A stretch of DNA of 64,000 nt from Synechococcus sp. (lineage in GTDB: Bacteria; Cyanobacteriota; Cyanobacteriia; PCC-6307; Cyanobiaceae). Each line of letters opens with the position of its first letter. Position 1 is the stretch's first letter. The notes under the pieces are model-generated. The model was not told the DNA's origin. It worked only from the letters and a program-made list of their open reading frames with translations, and made no database searches. The position numbers and the translations under genes are program-made. The stretch lies in contig JBJBCN010000003.1 of NCBI GenBank assembly GCA_047285805.1, positions 352,001 through 416,000 on the forward strand. Direction: 5' to 3'. Below are positions 20,986 to 30,578 of this stretch, in pieces.

Positions 20986-22253
20986 TACCGCCATTGGATA
21001 AAGCCCAGCAGAGATTTCGCAAACAAGCTGCAACCCGCTCGCAGCAGGATCCAGAGATCCAGGGGCGCCGATCCCCGGGCCAGGTAATACAGATCGCGGC
21101 CCAACTCCCAACGCAAGGCATCGACCTCCTGGGGTGCTGGGCCCGAGATGCGACCCCAGCCGGTCATCCCAGGCTTGATCAAAAGTCTGAGCTCAAAACT
21201 CTCGTCCAAGTCACGCAAATGGTTCTGCTGCTCGGGGCTCACCGGCCTCGGGCCCACAAGACTCATCTCACCCCCCAGCACGTTGAGAACTTGAGGGAGG
21301 GCCGCCAGTCCCGTGCGCTCCAGCCAGCGGGACCCGCCAAAGCGCCACTGACCGAAGACCTGGCCATCAATACCAGCGCACGGTGACTGCACCATCGCGA
21401 CCTTGGAGCTCAGACGGGTGAGAACCAGAAGCGTGGTAAGAGCGGGCAAGGCTGCGCTCGCCAAAAGAAGGTCCACCAAACGCTTGAGCCGAAAGCGCTG
21501 GGGTGAACGCGGACCGGACAAGCGCTCCAGCTGTTCCGTCCAATCCAACTGTTGAAGCAGACCAGGCGGGTAGCGCTTCAAGTGGTGCAGAGCCCAATCC
21601 GCCAGGGGACGAATCACCACCCCCTGGCGTTGCCAGAGCAAGAGCACCTCTTGGTCCTCAGCGATCACCGAGCCGCGGCCGACGGCGACGCCTTGGAGCT
21701 TGAGCAGCTCAGGCAGGAAATCAGGAATTGGGGCTGCACCAGACAGGGGCCGCCATTCCACCGCCGCTGGCACATCGCAGCCTCCCTGCTCCAGCTCCTG
21801 GGACAACACCCGTCGTTCTTGTTTCTCGGCTAACACCAACCAACGCTGCTGGGGCTGCCAAAAATGACTACTACCTTGCAGGCCATGCAACAGCAAGAGG
21901 CTGCAGCCGCCACTCAACAATACGGGAACCAGGAAGCCGCGGCCAATGGACGCATCCAGGCTGAGGCCCGACACCACGTAGCTGACCACAAGGATCAAAA
22001 CCACGGCGACGCACGCGGAGAGATATCGGTTGAAGTGGTCTTGAAGCGTCAGAGTGCGGCGGGCGAGGCCGGCATAGGCGCCAAGTAACCACTGCAGAAA
22101 AACCAAGAGGGGAATGACAATCAGCGGCCCTTTGCTGATCGCCGGCTCGACGCCAAAGCGAAGGTGGTGTAGACCCACCCAAAGGGCGACGATCAAGCCG
22201 GCGTCCAGGCCAGCCCACGCCAGCGGTTTCGGCAGCTGCACTCTGCTTGGCAT
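20985..22253 (-). CDS. WcaJ/WbaP-like sugar transferase homologue with degenerate catalytic motif
   Basis: N-terminal TM helices, KRLVDLL, LPQVLNVLGGEMSLVGPRP, KPGMTGW, DLYY..LDLWIL. Confidence 0.8.
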   Translation of the reverse strand: MPSRVQLPKPLAWAGLDAGLIVALWVGLHHLRFGVEPAISKGPLIVIPLLVFLQWLLGAYAGLARRTLTLQDHFNRYLSACVAVVLILVVSYVVSGLSLDASIGRGFLVPVLLSGGCSLLLLHGLQGSSHFWQPQQRWLVLAEKQERRVLSQELEQGGCDVPAAVEWRPLSGAAPIPDFLPELLKLQGVAVGRGSVIAEDQEVLLLWQRQGVVIRPLADWALHHLKRYPPGLLQQLDWTEQLERLSGPRSPQRFRLKRLVDLLLASAALPALTTLLVLTRLSSKVAMVQSPCAGIDGQVFGQWRFGGSRWLERTGLAALPQVLNVLGGEMSLVGPRPVSPEQQNHLRDLDESFELRLLIKPGMTGWGRISGPAPQEVDALRWELGRDLYYLARGSAPLDLWILLRAGCSLFAKSLLGFIQWR

Positions 22254-22364
22254 GGCCGGATCCTAGGTGCGTTGCCAAGCCAGGTTTTCTTGACGGTTGC
22301 TGGATCTGGTCCACATTGAAAGCAGGGCGTTGGTCAGCATGGTCCGGGCCATAGGTATTGAGGT

Positions 22365-23672
22365 TTGAACGATTCCGGCCGCCTGCTCAAAGTGCTTGGC
22401 GTGGGCTTTGGGCTTGCGGGCTCCGTTGGCGGAACCATTGGTGCAGGCATCCTGCGGGTCCCTGGATTAGTAGCGGATCAACTGCCATCCCAGCCGCTGA
22501 TCTTCTGGATTTGGGTACTGGGAGCGTCCTACGCCCTGCTGGGAGCCGTCTGTGTGGCTGAGCTCGCGGCGGCCATGCCGAGAGCAGGGGGCTGGTACGT
22601 CTACGCCGAAGAAGCGTTTGGGCGTCGGGCGGGGTTTCTGGTGGGCTGGAGCGACTGGATCGCCCATTGCATCGGCCTGGCCTGGGTGGTCACGACCCTG
22701 GGGGACTACCTCGCTCCCCTTTTGCCCGTTGGCAGCGCTTGGATCGCTGTTGGGATCTTGGCGCTCTTCACCCTGATCCAATGGCCCGGCGTGCGCTCGG
22801 GCGGCGCCAGCCAAGAGTTCCTGAGCCTGGCCAAAGCGCTGATCTTTGCGGCCTTGGTGGTGGCGTGCTTCGCTCTGCCGCTACCGAATCGCGTGGAAGC
22901 ACCCGCGAGATTCATCCCCCCAGATGTGAACTTGTTCGTACCAGTGGTGCTGGCCCTACAAGCCGTAATAACGACCTACGACGGCTGGGCCTGCCCGATT
23001 TACTTCGCTGAAGAATTCAGCAAACCCAGCCGGGACTTACCGCGCTCACTCATCGGGGGTGTACTGGCCGTAGCGGGGCTCTATTTACTGATCAATTCCG
23101 CACTGCTCCATGTGCTGCCGATCCCAGTACTGGCGGAATCGAGCCTGCCCGCCGCCACAGCCGCCGAACGACTCGTGGGGCCATTGGGCGGGACAGTGAT
23201 CACCGCTGTGGCCTTGATCTCCCTGCTGGGGGTGACCAACACCGTGGCCATGGCCGCACCACGCATCCTGTTTGGCCTAGGTCGCGATGGGCTCATGCCC
23301 TCCTTCACCGCCGAGGTAAATGCTGGAGGGACCCCCATTAATGCCCTTCTGATCACCTCCCTGTGCAGCGCCCTGCTGGTGGTCAGTGGTTCCTTTGAAA
23401 GTCTGCTGGGGATGGGTGCATTCCTCTACGTGGGATTACCCCTCTGCGGATTCATCACCTTGATGGTGTTGCGGCAAAAGCAACCCGAGCTGGATCGGCC
23501 CTTTCGCTGCTGGGCCTACCCGCTGACGCCGATCCTGGTGGCAACCGTGTCGCTGGCGTTTTTGCTCGCAGCGCTCTGGAGCGATTCCGTCAACAGCCTC
23601 TGGGCGCTTGCACTGGTCGCCGGCGGCGGCATGGCCTCAGAAGCCAGCCAAAGGCTCAAGGCTGCTGCATGA
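22365..23672 (+). CDS. APC-family amino acid permease
   Basis: GGTIGAGI, AELAAAMPRAGGWYVY, YDGW, AEE..P.RDLPR, about 12 TM segments. Confidence 0.88.
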   Translation: MNDSGRLLKVLGVGFGLAGSVGGTIGAGILRVPGLVADQLPSQPLIFWIWVLGASYALLGAVCVAELAAAMPRAGGWYVYAEEAFGRRAGFLVGWSDWIAHCIGLAWVVTTLGDYLAPLLPVGSAWIAVGILALFTLIQWPGVRSGGASQEFLSLAKALIFAALVVACFALPLPNRVEAPARFIPPDVNLFVPVVLALQAVITTYDGWACPIYFAEEFSKPSRDLPRSLIGGVLAVAGLYLLINSALLHVLPIPVLAESSLPAATAAERLVGPLGGTVITAVALISLLGVTNTVAMAAPRILFGLGRDGLMPSFTAEVNAGGTPINALLITSLCSALLVVSGSFESLLGMGAFLYVGLPLCGFITLMVLRQKQPELDRPFRCWAYPLTPILVATVSLAFLLAALWSDSVNSLWALALVAGGGMASEASQRLKAAA

Positions 23673-24999
23673 TCTTCCAGGCCTGACGCAAGCTCAAGGA
23701 GTCACCCAAATTCCCGGGGAAGGTGATCACCGGCAAACCACCAGGGGTCAGCACAAGCGATAGACCAGCGAACAGCTGACCCTGAAGCTCAACCCAAGGG
23801 GCCTGCAAACCCGACTCCAGCAGCGTGTGGGTCGTGATTCCCCCTTTGCTGATCACATACCCCAGTTGGTGGACCAAGGCTGCTGCCAATCGGGCCATGA
23901 GCTCAGCCAGAGCAATCCCAAGCTCCCGGCGTTCTACAGCGCTAGAACAATGGAGCTCGCCGCGGCTGGTGAAGACAACGGGAGTCAGGCCCTCATTGAT
24001 CACCGTTTCGATCTGCTGCCGCCAGGACTGCTCCAGGCTGAACAGCAATCGAGCCGGTTCAGGCCCGCTGATGACGCGGGCAACCTTGCGGACATCGAGT
24101 TCAATTCCCACACAGGCCGGCTCAGCTAAAAGGGTGGTCAGTTGTGCATCGGCCAGGGGGACATGGGAGCCCACCAGCACCAAGCCAGGCATCCAATCGC
24201 CTCTGGGCTGTCGCCGCCTAAGTCCAGCCAATCCAGACACATCTAGCGGCTGGGGAGGCAGCGGCACGAGCCCATTAATCAAGCTGGCGGCAGACTGCAA
24301 GGCGAAACGCTGCCCCTGACGTGCACAAGCCCAGATGGCCTCGCCGAGCGCCATCAGCTGCTCGGGCTGCTCCGCATCAACACAGGCCATCGCTGCCGGA
24401 GGTAAAGCAGCAAGCTGTGCTTGCAAGGCATCAGGACCAGCCTCCAAGTCCGAGAGGCCGATGCGCTCCACCGCCTCGGCTGGGATCTGGCCGGTGGTTT
24501 TCTCCTCCACCCAATCCGGCAGATAACTGCTGGAAAAGCCGAAGAGACGATCCTGAGCAAAGGCTGTGGCGTGGACCGGTTCCCCATGCAACAAGTGCAT
24601 GCCGTCCTTGGTGGTGCGCCCCCCAGGCAAAAACGCAGGAGCCAGCAAGGTGGCGGAGAAAGGACCCAGCTCTTGCTCGATCACCTGAAGCTCCAGCGGA
24701 AAGTGACCACGCAGGGTGGAGTCGCCGCGACTGACAACCAACCAGCGATCCATCATTCCCGCCGCCTGCGCTTCCGCCAAAGCAGGTTTGAGAGCCTGAC
24801 AAAGGCTGACAACGCGCTCCTCAGCCGCCCTGGGATCCAACGCCCGTGTGTTGGCGAGCAGAAAGATCACCGGTGAGGGGTGTGCCAATCCATGATGCAG
24901 GCTGTCCTCGTCCCACCGCAGCAGCAAGGGACAGCTATGCACCGTCTGCGATCCGGTCGGATCGTCATCTAGGACCAGAACCTTGATCCGCTCAGCCAT
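23656..24999 (-). CDS. Four-carbon acid sugar kinase family protein (DUF1537)
   Basis: VLDDDPTGSQTVH, SRGDSTLRGH, GSHV, SKGGITT, FPGNLG. Confidence 0.88.
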   Translation of the reverse strand: MAERIKVLVLDDDPTGSQTVHSCPLLLRWDEDSLHHGLAHPSPVIFLLANTRALDPRAAEERVVSLCQALKPALAEAQAAGMMDRWLVVSRGDSTLRGHFPLELQVIEQELGPFSATLLAPAFLPGGRTTKDGMHLLHGEPVHATAFAQDRLFGFSSSYLPDWVEEKTTGQIPAEAVERIGLSDLEAGPDALQAQLAALPPAAMACVDAEQPEQLMALGEAIWACARQGQRFALQSAASLINGLVPLPPQPLDVSGLAGLRRRQPRGDWMPGLVLVGSHVPLADAQLTTLLAEPACVGIELDVRKVARVISGPEPARLLFSLEQSWRQQIETVINEGLTPVVFTSRGELHCSSAVERRELGIALAELMARLAAALVHQLGYVISKGGITTHTLLESGLQAPWVELQGQLFAGLSLVLTPGGLPVITFPGNLGDSLSLRQAWKIMQQP

Positions 25000-25013
25000 G
25001 GCACCATCGTGCC

Positions 25014-26159
25014 GTGATCAGCCCTGAACGCAGCGAACTCCAAGATCTGGTGCTTCAGTGGCATCAGCAGGCCCTGCCATGGACTCCGGCGGGGGCAGGC
25101 ACCAGGCTGCATTGGGGAGCACCGCTCGAGCAGCCGCAGCTCTTGAGCACCAACAAACTGAACCGGCTGCTGCATCACTCCAGCGGCGACTTCACCGTGA
25201 CCGTTGAAGCCGGTCTACCCCTGATCGAACTGCAGGTCGCCCTGGCAGAAAGCAAGCAGTGGCTCGCAGTCGACTGGCCCTGGGGCAGCGGAACCGATGG
25301 ATCCCAAGGCGGAACGATAGGTGGGCTTGTCGCCCGTGGCATGGCCGGTGGCTTTCGCCAGCGCTACCTGGGGATCCGCGATCAAGTGATCGGTCTGGAG
25401 GTGATGCGAGCGGACGGCACCGAGGCCAAGGCGGGTGGCCAGGTGGTCAAAAACGTGGCCGGCTACGACTTGATGCGGCTCTTTTGCGGTAGTTGGGGCA
25501 GCCTCGGACTGATCACCAAAGTGACCCTCCGCACCTTCCCCAAACAGCCCCACCGCGCTGGCTTGCTGTTCCAGGGAGACCTGAAGGCTTTGGAGGCGAT
25601 GCGACAGGCCTGCCTGCGGGCCGATCTGATGCCGCAACGGCTGGATTGGAGGACTACAGAAGGACAACCCAGCCTCCTATTGGGGCTAGTGAGCATCAGC
25701 CGAAACGCTGTGAGTGCACAACTGGACGAGCTCCGCAGGCACACGATGACCCTCGGACTCGAAGGGATAAGCCTTGACGCCGATTCACTCCAGGAGCTCG
25801 AGTGCACAGGCCGTGCTGCCAAGGCGCCGCTCAAGAAGGAACGCTGGCTAATGCGCATTGGCCTGCCGCCGGCTCAGGCGCACGCCTTGATGGATGAGTC
25901 CGAGATCCATCTCAACCTGGCCGCAGGGATTGGCCAAGGCATGGGCTGGGCTAATCGCGAAGACCTTCCGTCTCACAAAGTCACTGCCCTCAGTGCGCGC
26001 TGCCAATACTTGGGTGGTCAGCTGACCCTCCTGCAGCAACCAACCGCAAACGGCCTCAAGCCCTGGCCCACACGGGCGAACCACGGGTTGGTTGCGGCAA
26101 TGAAGCGGGAGTTTGATCCACTGCAACAGCTCGCCCGAGGGCGACTACCTGGGGTCTGA
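25014..26159 (+). CDS. glcE: Glycolate dehydrogenase FAD-binding subunit
   Basis: DFTVTVEAG, GTIGG, KAGGQVVKNVAGYDLMRLFCGSWGSLGLI, KREFDP. Confidence 0.88.
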   Translation: MISPERSELQDLVLQWHQQALPWTPAGAGTRLHWGAPLEQPQLLSTNKLNRLLHHSSGDFTVTVEAGLPLIELQVALAESKQWLAVDWPWGSGTDGSQGGTIGGLVARGMAGGFRQRYLGIRDQVIGLEVMRADGTEAKAGGQVVKNVAGYDLMRLFCGSWGSLGLITKVTLRTFPKQPHRAGLLFQGDLKALEAMRQACLRADLMPQRLDWRTTEGQPSLLLGLVSISRNAVSAQLDELRRHTMTLGLEGISLDADSLQELECTGRAAKAPLKKERWLMRIGLPPAQAHALMDESEIHLNLAAGIGQGMGWANREDLPSHKVTALSARCQYLGGQLTLLQQPTANGLKPWPTRANHGLVAAMKREFDPLQQLARGRLPGV

Positions 26160-26981
26160 GCAGACGTAACGGCAACGCAATTGGATCGCCTGTCCAGACT
26201 CGAGCTCCAGACGACGATCACCGGTCGCTAGTGAACCTCGCGGTGCTGTCCAAGGCTCGAGGCAAACCATCGGGCGGGGTGGTTCAGTCCAAACCACCGC
26301 CAAATCCATGGGAGCGGTGAGTTCAAGGGTGATGGTCTGGCCAGTACCGGCATCTACCAGCCGGACTGCGTCACCCGTGGGATCAGCGAGGATATCCACC
26401 CCCTCCGAGAGTTTGGCTAGCTGATCGGCCATTGACGAGCAAGTCATCTGGTGGTGGTCCAAACAGGTCTCGGGTAAGCCGACCAAGCTGGTGGCCTGCA
26501 GCGAACTAACGGCGAAATAGGGGTGCAATCCAAGCGAGAACGGCATGGAACCTTCGCTGTCATGCACGTGTTCAACCGTGGCCAGAATCTCAAGGGCCGA
26601 AGGTTCCAGCCGATAATCCAGACTCAAACGAAACGCGAAGGGAAACGCCTCAAGCGTTTGGGGATTGGACTCCAACACCAAACGAATCCCTGACCCATCG
26701 CTCAACGGCTGCAATTGCCAAGGCAGATCCCTGGCGAAACCATGTTGCGGAAGCGTGTAACTGCCTTGCGGGAGATCGAGCCGGTTGCCAGGGAGATTCC
26801 CGCAGATCGGAAACAGCACAGGAATACCACCACGGACACTTTTACTGGGATCTGCGAAGCGATCTGAATCGAAGTAAAGAAGTTCTTGGCCATTGCACAC
26901 CCAACTCGTCAACAAGCCACCACGTTCAGGAACAACCCGAAGCTGATCACCATGAGGGGCCTTAAAGAGATACATGGGCAT
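26145..26981 (-). CDS. Aldose 1-epimerase / galactose mutarotase-like protein
   Basis: VPERGG, RGGIPVLFP, QHGFAR, GLHPYF, CLEPW. Confidence 0.9.
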   Translation of the reverse strand: MPMYLFKAPHGDQLRVVPERGGLLTSWVCNGQELLYFDSDRFADPSKSVRGGIPVLFPICGNLPGNRLDLPQGSYTLPQHGFARDLPWQLQPLSDGSGIRLVLESNPQTLEAFPFAFRLSLDYRLEPSALEILATVEHVHDSEGSMPFSLGLHPYFAVSSLQATSLVGLPETCLDHHQMTCSSMADQLAKLSEGVDILADPTGDAVRLVDAGTGQTITLELTAPMDLAVVWTEPPRPMVCLEPWTAPRGSLATGDRRLELESGQAIQLRCRYVCSDPR

Positions 26982-27041
26982 GTTTGAAAAAACAAATGCT
27001 GACAGGCGCCACGGAGACGAATCAGTGGAGCTGCACGAGAA

Positions 27042-28190
27042 CTAGACTAATTTGCCTAAATAAAACATCCTAGCCATCACAACCGAAAGAGCCATAAGCG
27101 GAACAGACGCCACAAGAATCACCTTGCGCGGCAAATAACTACCGGCCAAGACGAAAACTGGCGCAAGCAAGGCTTCTTGGCGATAAAAAGAAACACTATC
27201 GCCAATCAAATGCGGAAGAATCCAGCACGCCCATCCCATGATCAAAAAACAAAGGCTTAATGATGCGTTCTGATCCGAAATATGCCGTACGATTATAGTG
27301 GTCGCCAAAATCATGAGAATAAAGACTGTGGCTGTCTGAAGAAATACAGGATTCTTCCAGAAGTAGCGCACCGAAGAGCGAAGCACTGTAAACCCGAGAC
27401 TCCATGAATGGCCGTATCTAGCTTGGGTCAATGAATAAGCAGAGACGATGCCTGAAGCGTGATCAATCCATGCTCTCGCAGCGAAATGTCCAAAGAGGGG
27501 GGCTGTAACAGGAAGAATACGTAATACTTGAGATTGAACACTTTGGGAAACATTTCGCTTCACCAAAAAAGGAGTCAGCGCAACCGCAAGAATTACAGAG
27601 CTTGGATATGCAAAGGCAGCCAAAAAAGCGCTCACCGCTGACTCTACCAAGAAGGAATAGAGAAACAACCAAATTGCTAATAAATCTAAGGCCGTCGTCA
27701 GTGAAACTGGAAAAGCTGCAACGTGATAGATGCCACCAGGCAAAATAAGAAAAGCAGCGGCAACAAAAACTGGAGACCAACGCCTCTGAATCAAACGAGA
27801 GAGAATTTCAGACGCGACCAAAAGCGATGAGACCGTGGCCACCAAGGCAGCCCAGGAAATTGAGAGGCCCAGTCTTTCGAAGGCTCGGATAATCCATGGA
27901 AACAATGGGAACCAGCCGGTGTTCCCACAGATAAATTGACCACAAGGCTCAGCAGAATATCCGTCCCTCGCAATAGATAAATAGTGAAAAGAATCCCAGC
28001 GAAGCCATGCTGCAGGCTCAGAGAATAAACCTGAAGGCATTCGAAACTCACCTGCACCTAGCCTAGGCGAAAGAACCAGGAACAATAACAGTGTAAACAG
28101 AGAGACTGGGAGTACAACAGACAACACATAACGCGTAGCCATCTTAAGAGACTGTTTAAGTGTCGCATCCAGATTCTTCACACGCACCAC
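27042..28190 (-). CDS. GT-C integral membrane glycosyltransferase (PIG-V/mannosyltransferase-like; GtrC role)
   Basis: RWDSFHYLSIARDGY and WFPLFP motifs in the first external loop, many TMs, AT-rich. Confidence 0.75.
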   Translation of the reverse strand: MVRVKNLDATLKQSLKMATRYVLSVVLPVSLFTLLLFLVLSPRLGAGEFRMPSGLFSEPAAWLRWDSFHYLSIARDGYSAEPCGQFICGNTGWFPLFPWIIRAFERLGLSISWAALVATVSSLLVASEILSRLIQRRWSPVFVAAAFLILPGGIYHVAAFPVSLTTALDLLAIWLFLYSFLVESAVSAFLAAFAYPSSVILAVALTPFLVKRNVSQSVQSQVLRILPVTAPLFGHFAARAWIDHASGIVSAYSLTQARYGHSWSLGFTVLRSSVRYFWKNPVFLQTATVFILMILATTIIVRHISDQNASLSLCFLIMGWACWILPHLIGDSVSFYRQEALLAPVFVLAGSYLPRKVILVASVPLMALSVVMARMFYLGKLV

Positions 28191-28223
28191 TGTCTACAAT
28201 CACCAATTAGAAAGTGAGGTCGC

Positions 28224-28937
28224 CTAATTATGGGCAAGAATATTATATTTCAAAATGCACCAAACCGCGCGCACTCCATCTTTCCAGCCAATCTTCTTGC
28301 CCTCGTCGTAAGTACGGCCATAGTAAGAAATGCCAACCTCGTAAATCCTGCAACGACGCTTTGCGACTTTGGCGGTAATCTCAGGCTCAAAGCCAAAACG
28401 CTTTTCACATATCGGTATCGACTGAATAATCTCTGTCCGAAAAGCCTTGTAACATGTTTCCATGTCAGTCAGATTTAGATCAGTAAACATATTGCTCATC
28501 AGTGTCAGGAATCCATTCCCCATACGGTGCCAGAAATAAACAACGCGGTGGGGAGCCGCTCCTTGAAAGCGACTGCCAAATACGACATCTGCTTTCCCTT
28601 CAACAATCGGTCCGATGACCAGAGGGAATTCATTCGGGTCATATTCCAGATCGGCATCTTGGACGATGCAAATGTCACCCTCTGCCGCTGCAAAACCTGT
28701 CGCCAAAGCAGCTCCCTTGCCTTGATTCCTCTCATGCATAAGGATTGTTAGGTCCGGTGCATCGAGACGACTCAACAACTCCCTGGTCCCATCACTCGAA
28801 CCGTCATCTACAACGATGAGCTGTTTTGAGGGCACAGGCGCCTGACGAACACGCTCAATCAGATCAAGAATAGTTGAGGCTTCGTTAAAGCAGGGAATGA
28901 TCACCGAAAGGAGTGGGCGGCTTCCTGCCGAGACCAT
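28224..28937 (-). CDS. GT2 polyprenyl-phosphate glycosyltransferase (DPM1/GtrB-like)
   Basis: IIPCFNE, VDDGSSDGT, NQGKGAA, QDADLEYDP, VFGSRF, TDMETCYK, FGFEPE. Confidence 0.92.
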   Translation of the reverse strand: MVSAGSRPLLSVIIPCFNEASTILDLIERVRQAPVPSKQLIVVDDGSSDGTRELLSRLDAPDLTILMHERNQGKGAALATGFAAAEGDICIVQDADLEYDPNEFPLVIGPIVEGKADVVFGSRFQGAAPHRVVYFWHRMGNGFLTLMSNMFTDLNLTDMETCYKAFRTEIIQSIPICEKRFGFEPEITAKVAKRRCRIYEVGISYYGRTYDEGKKIGWKDGVRAVWCILKYNILAHN

Positions 28938-28982
28938 GGGGTGCGTACCTAACTGGGACTAGTCCAGCACACTCAGCCACGC

Positions 28983-29354
28983 TTACTGGCGGAAAATCAC
29001 CAGCTTTTGAACCGCGTAGGAAAGAGCTGCCAGTACGGGGATCAACATCAGAGCCGCCAGGTTTCTAGTGAGGCCCAAGCGGGCTAACCAATCAATGCCT
29101 GCCCAGTTGCACCACCAAAGGAAGAGGGCCATCAGCGCATAGGAAAGCGCCGAGCGTTTCTGCAGGCGCGCCACCCGAAACACCCGCTTGCCATACAGAA
29201 CAAATCCCAGCCCCACGTTCAGGAACTGACTGAGGAAAGTGGCCAAGCCCGTGCCCATCACCAACAACAGGCCCTGCAGCGCAACGTTCGTCGCCAAGAC
29301 GTTCAGAGCGCCGTAGCCCAAAAAGCGCCGCTTCCGTCCCGAACCCTTGAGCAT
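28983..29354 (-). CDS. GtrA-family flippase
   Basis: 123 aa, four hydrophobic segments, RFLGYG, YGKRVF, SYAVQKLVIF pattern. Confidence 0.82.
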   Translation of the reverse strand: MLKGSGRKRRFLGYGALNVLATNVALQGLLLVMGTGLATFLSQFLNVGLGFVLYGKRVFRVARLQKRSALSYALMALFLWWCNWAGIDWLARLGLTRNLAALMLIPVLAALSYAVQKLVIFRQ

Positions 29355-29363
29355 CGCGGCAGG

Positions 29364-30239
29364 CTAAAGGAGCTGCTCCAACCACTCCAACAGGGCGGCA
29401 TTGACCTGGCGTGGGACCTCGTCATGGGGACAGTGGCCGGCCTGCAGCACCACCTCCTGGGTTCCCTGCGGGGCGTGGCGCTGGAACGCGCCCCGGCGAC
29501 CGGCCGCGTTGATCCAGGGATCACGGATGCCCCAAAGCAGCAGCAACGGCGACTGAAGGTCGGAAAAGAGCTCATCAAGGGGCTGGCCCCGAGGAATATC
29601 AAAGACCGTTCGAAAGACCCCGAAGGCTCCAGGATCCCTGGACGGAGCCAGGATCGATTCCACCAGTTCATCATCGACGTTGGTCCGATCGATATAGACC
29701 TGATTCAAGGTGCGGCGCACGTTCCCTGGGCGACGCATGTTTTCAAACAACAGACGCTGGAGGATGGGACTCTTCAAAAGCGCTGAGCCAACAGTGCGGC
29801 GGGCAATCGCCCCCCAACTCTTGGCCTCACCCTGCTCATCAGAGAAGGGGCCGGCCGCGTTCAGGAGAACCACCCCCGCACTGTCCTGCCCCAAAGCAGC
29901 ACCTGCCGCGAGGGCCGCGTAGCCACCGAGTGAATTACCAACGGTCACCGTCGGCCGACCAATCCGCTCCCTGACATAGCTCACCAACTGGTCGCGCCAG
30001 AGGGCACCGCCGTACTTGGGGCCGACCGGCTTGGCGCTGCGCCCAAATCCCAGGAGATCGAGGGCATGGACCTCGTAGTACTCCTGGAGGGCAGGGATGT
30101 TGAAGCGCCAGTGATCCGTTGAGGCCCCGAAGCCGTGCACCAAGAGCAGCGCCGGTCTCTCTGTGGCGGTGGGCTGAAGCGGACCCTTTTGCAGGCAATG
30201 AATGGGGTACCCATGAAAGTGCCAGGTCGAAGCAGTCAC
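29364..30239 (-). CDS. Alpha/beta fold hydrolase
   Basis: HGFGAS, DLLGFGRS, GNSLGG, AGHCPHDE. Confidence 0.9.
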   Translation of the reverse strand: MTASTWHFHGYPIHCLQKGPLQPTATERPALLLVHGFGASTDHWRFNIPALQEYYEVHALDLLGFGRSAKPVGPKYGGALWRDQLVSYVRERIGRPTVTVGNSLGGYAALAAGAALGQDSAGVVLLNAAGPFSDEQGEAKSWGAIARRTVGSALLKSPILQRLLFENMRRPGNVRRTLNQVYIDRTNVDDELVESILAPSRDPGAFGVFRTVFDIPRGQPLDELFSDLQSPLLLLWGIRDPWINAAGRRGAFQRHAPQGTQEVVLQAGHCPHDEVPRQVNAALLEWLEQLL

Positions 30240-30296
30240 GGGGGTCAGCTTGAGAAACGCGATGCTAAGGAGATCCTCTGCTCCGGTTGCGCTCTC

Positions 30297-30578
30297 GTGA
30301 TCCCCGACTGGCTACTCACGAGTTGGAGCCTATGGCTTCCGGGAACGGCCCTCTGGGCCGTTAGTGCCTACATCTCCCTGAGTGGACGGCTACTGGATGA
30401 AGACGATGCAACCGGCGTCGCCAGCCTCAAGCTCAGCGGCTGCATTGCCCTGGCCTTGGTGATGGGCTTTGGCATGAACCTTGGCCTGAGCTTGAGCCTG
30501 GGCCCCAGCTGGGGCACAAGTCTTGGCGTCGTCACTGCCCTCTACGCCCTGTTTTGGGGCGTAATCGCCCAGGACTAA
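30297..30578 (+). CDS. Small hypothetical membrane protein
   Basis: Three hydrophobic segments, SLGPSWGTSLG motif; GTG 30297 chosen. Confidence 0.6.
   Translation: MIPDWLLTSWSLWLPGTALWAVSAYISLSGRLLDEDDATGVASLKLSGCIALALVMGFGMNLGLSLSLGPSWGTSLGVVTALYALFWGVIAQD

Noticed and set aside
28955..28969. Near-palindrome CTGGGACTAGTCCAG between the gtrA- and gtrB-like genes
   Set aside because: Single short occurrence with no U-tract or second copy; could be chance
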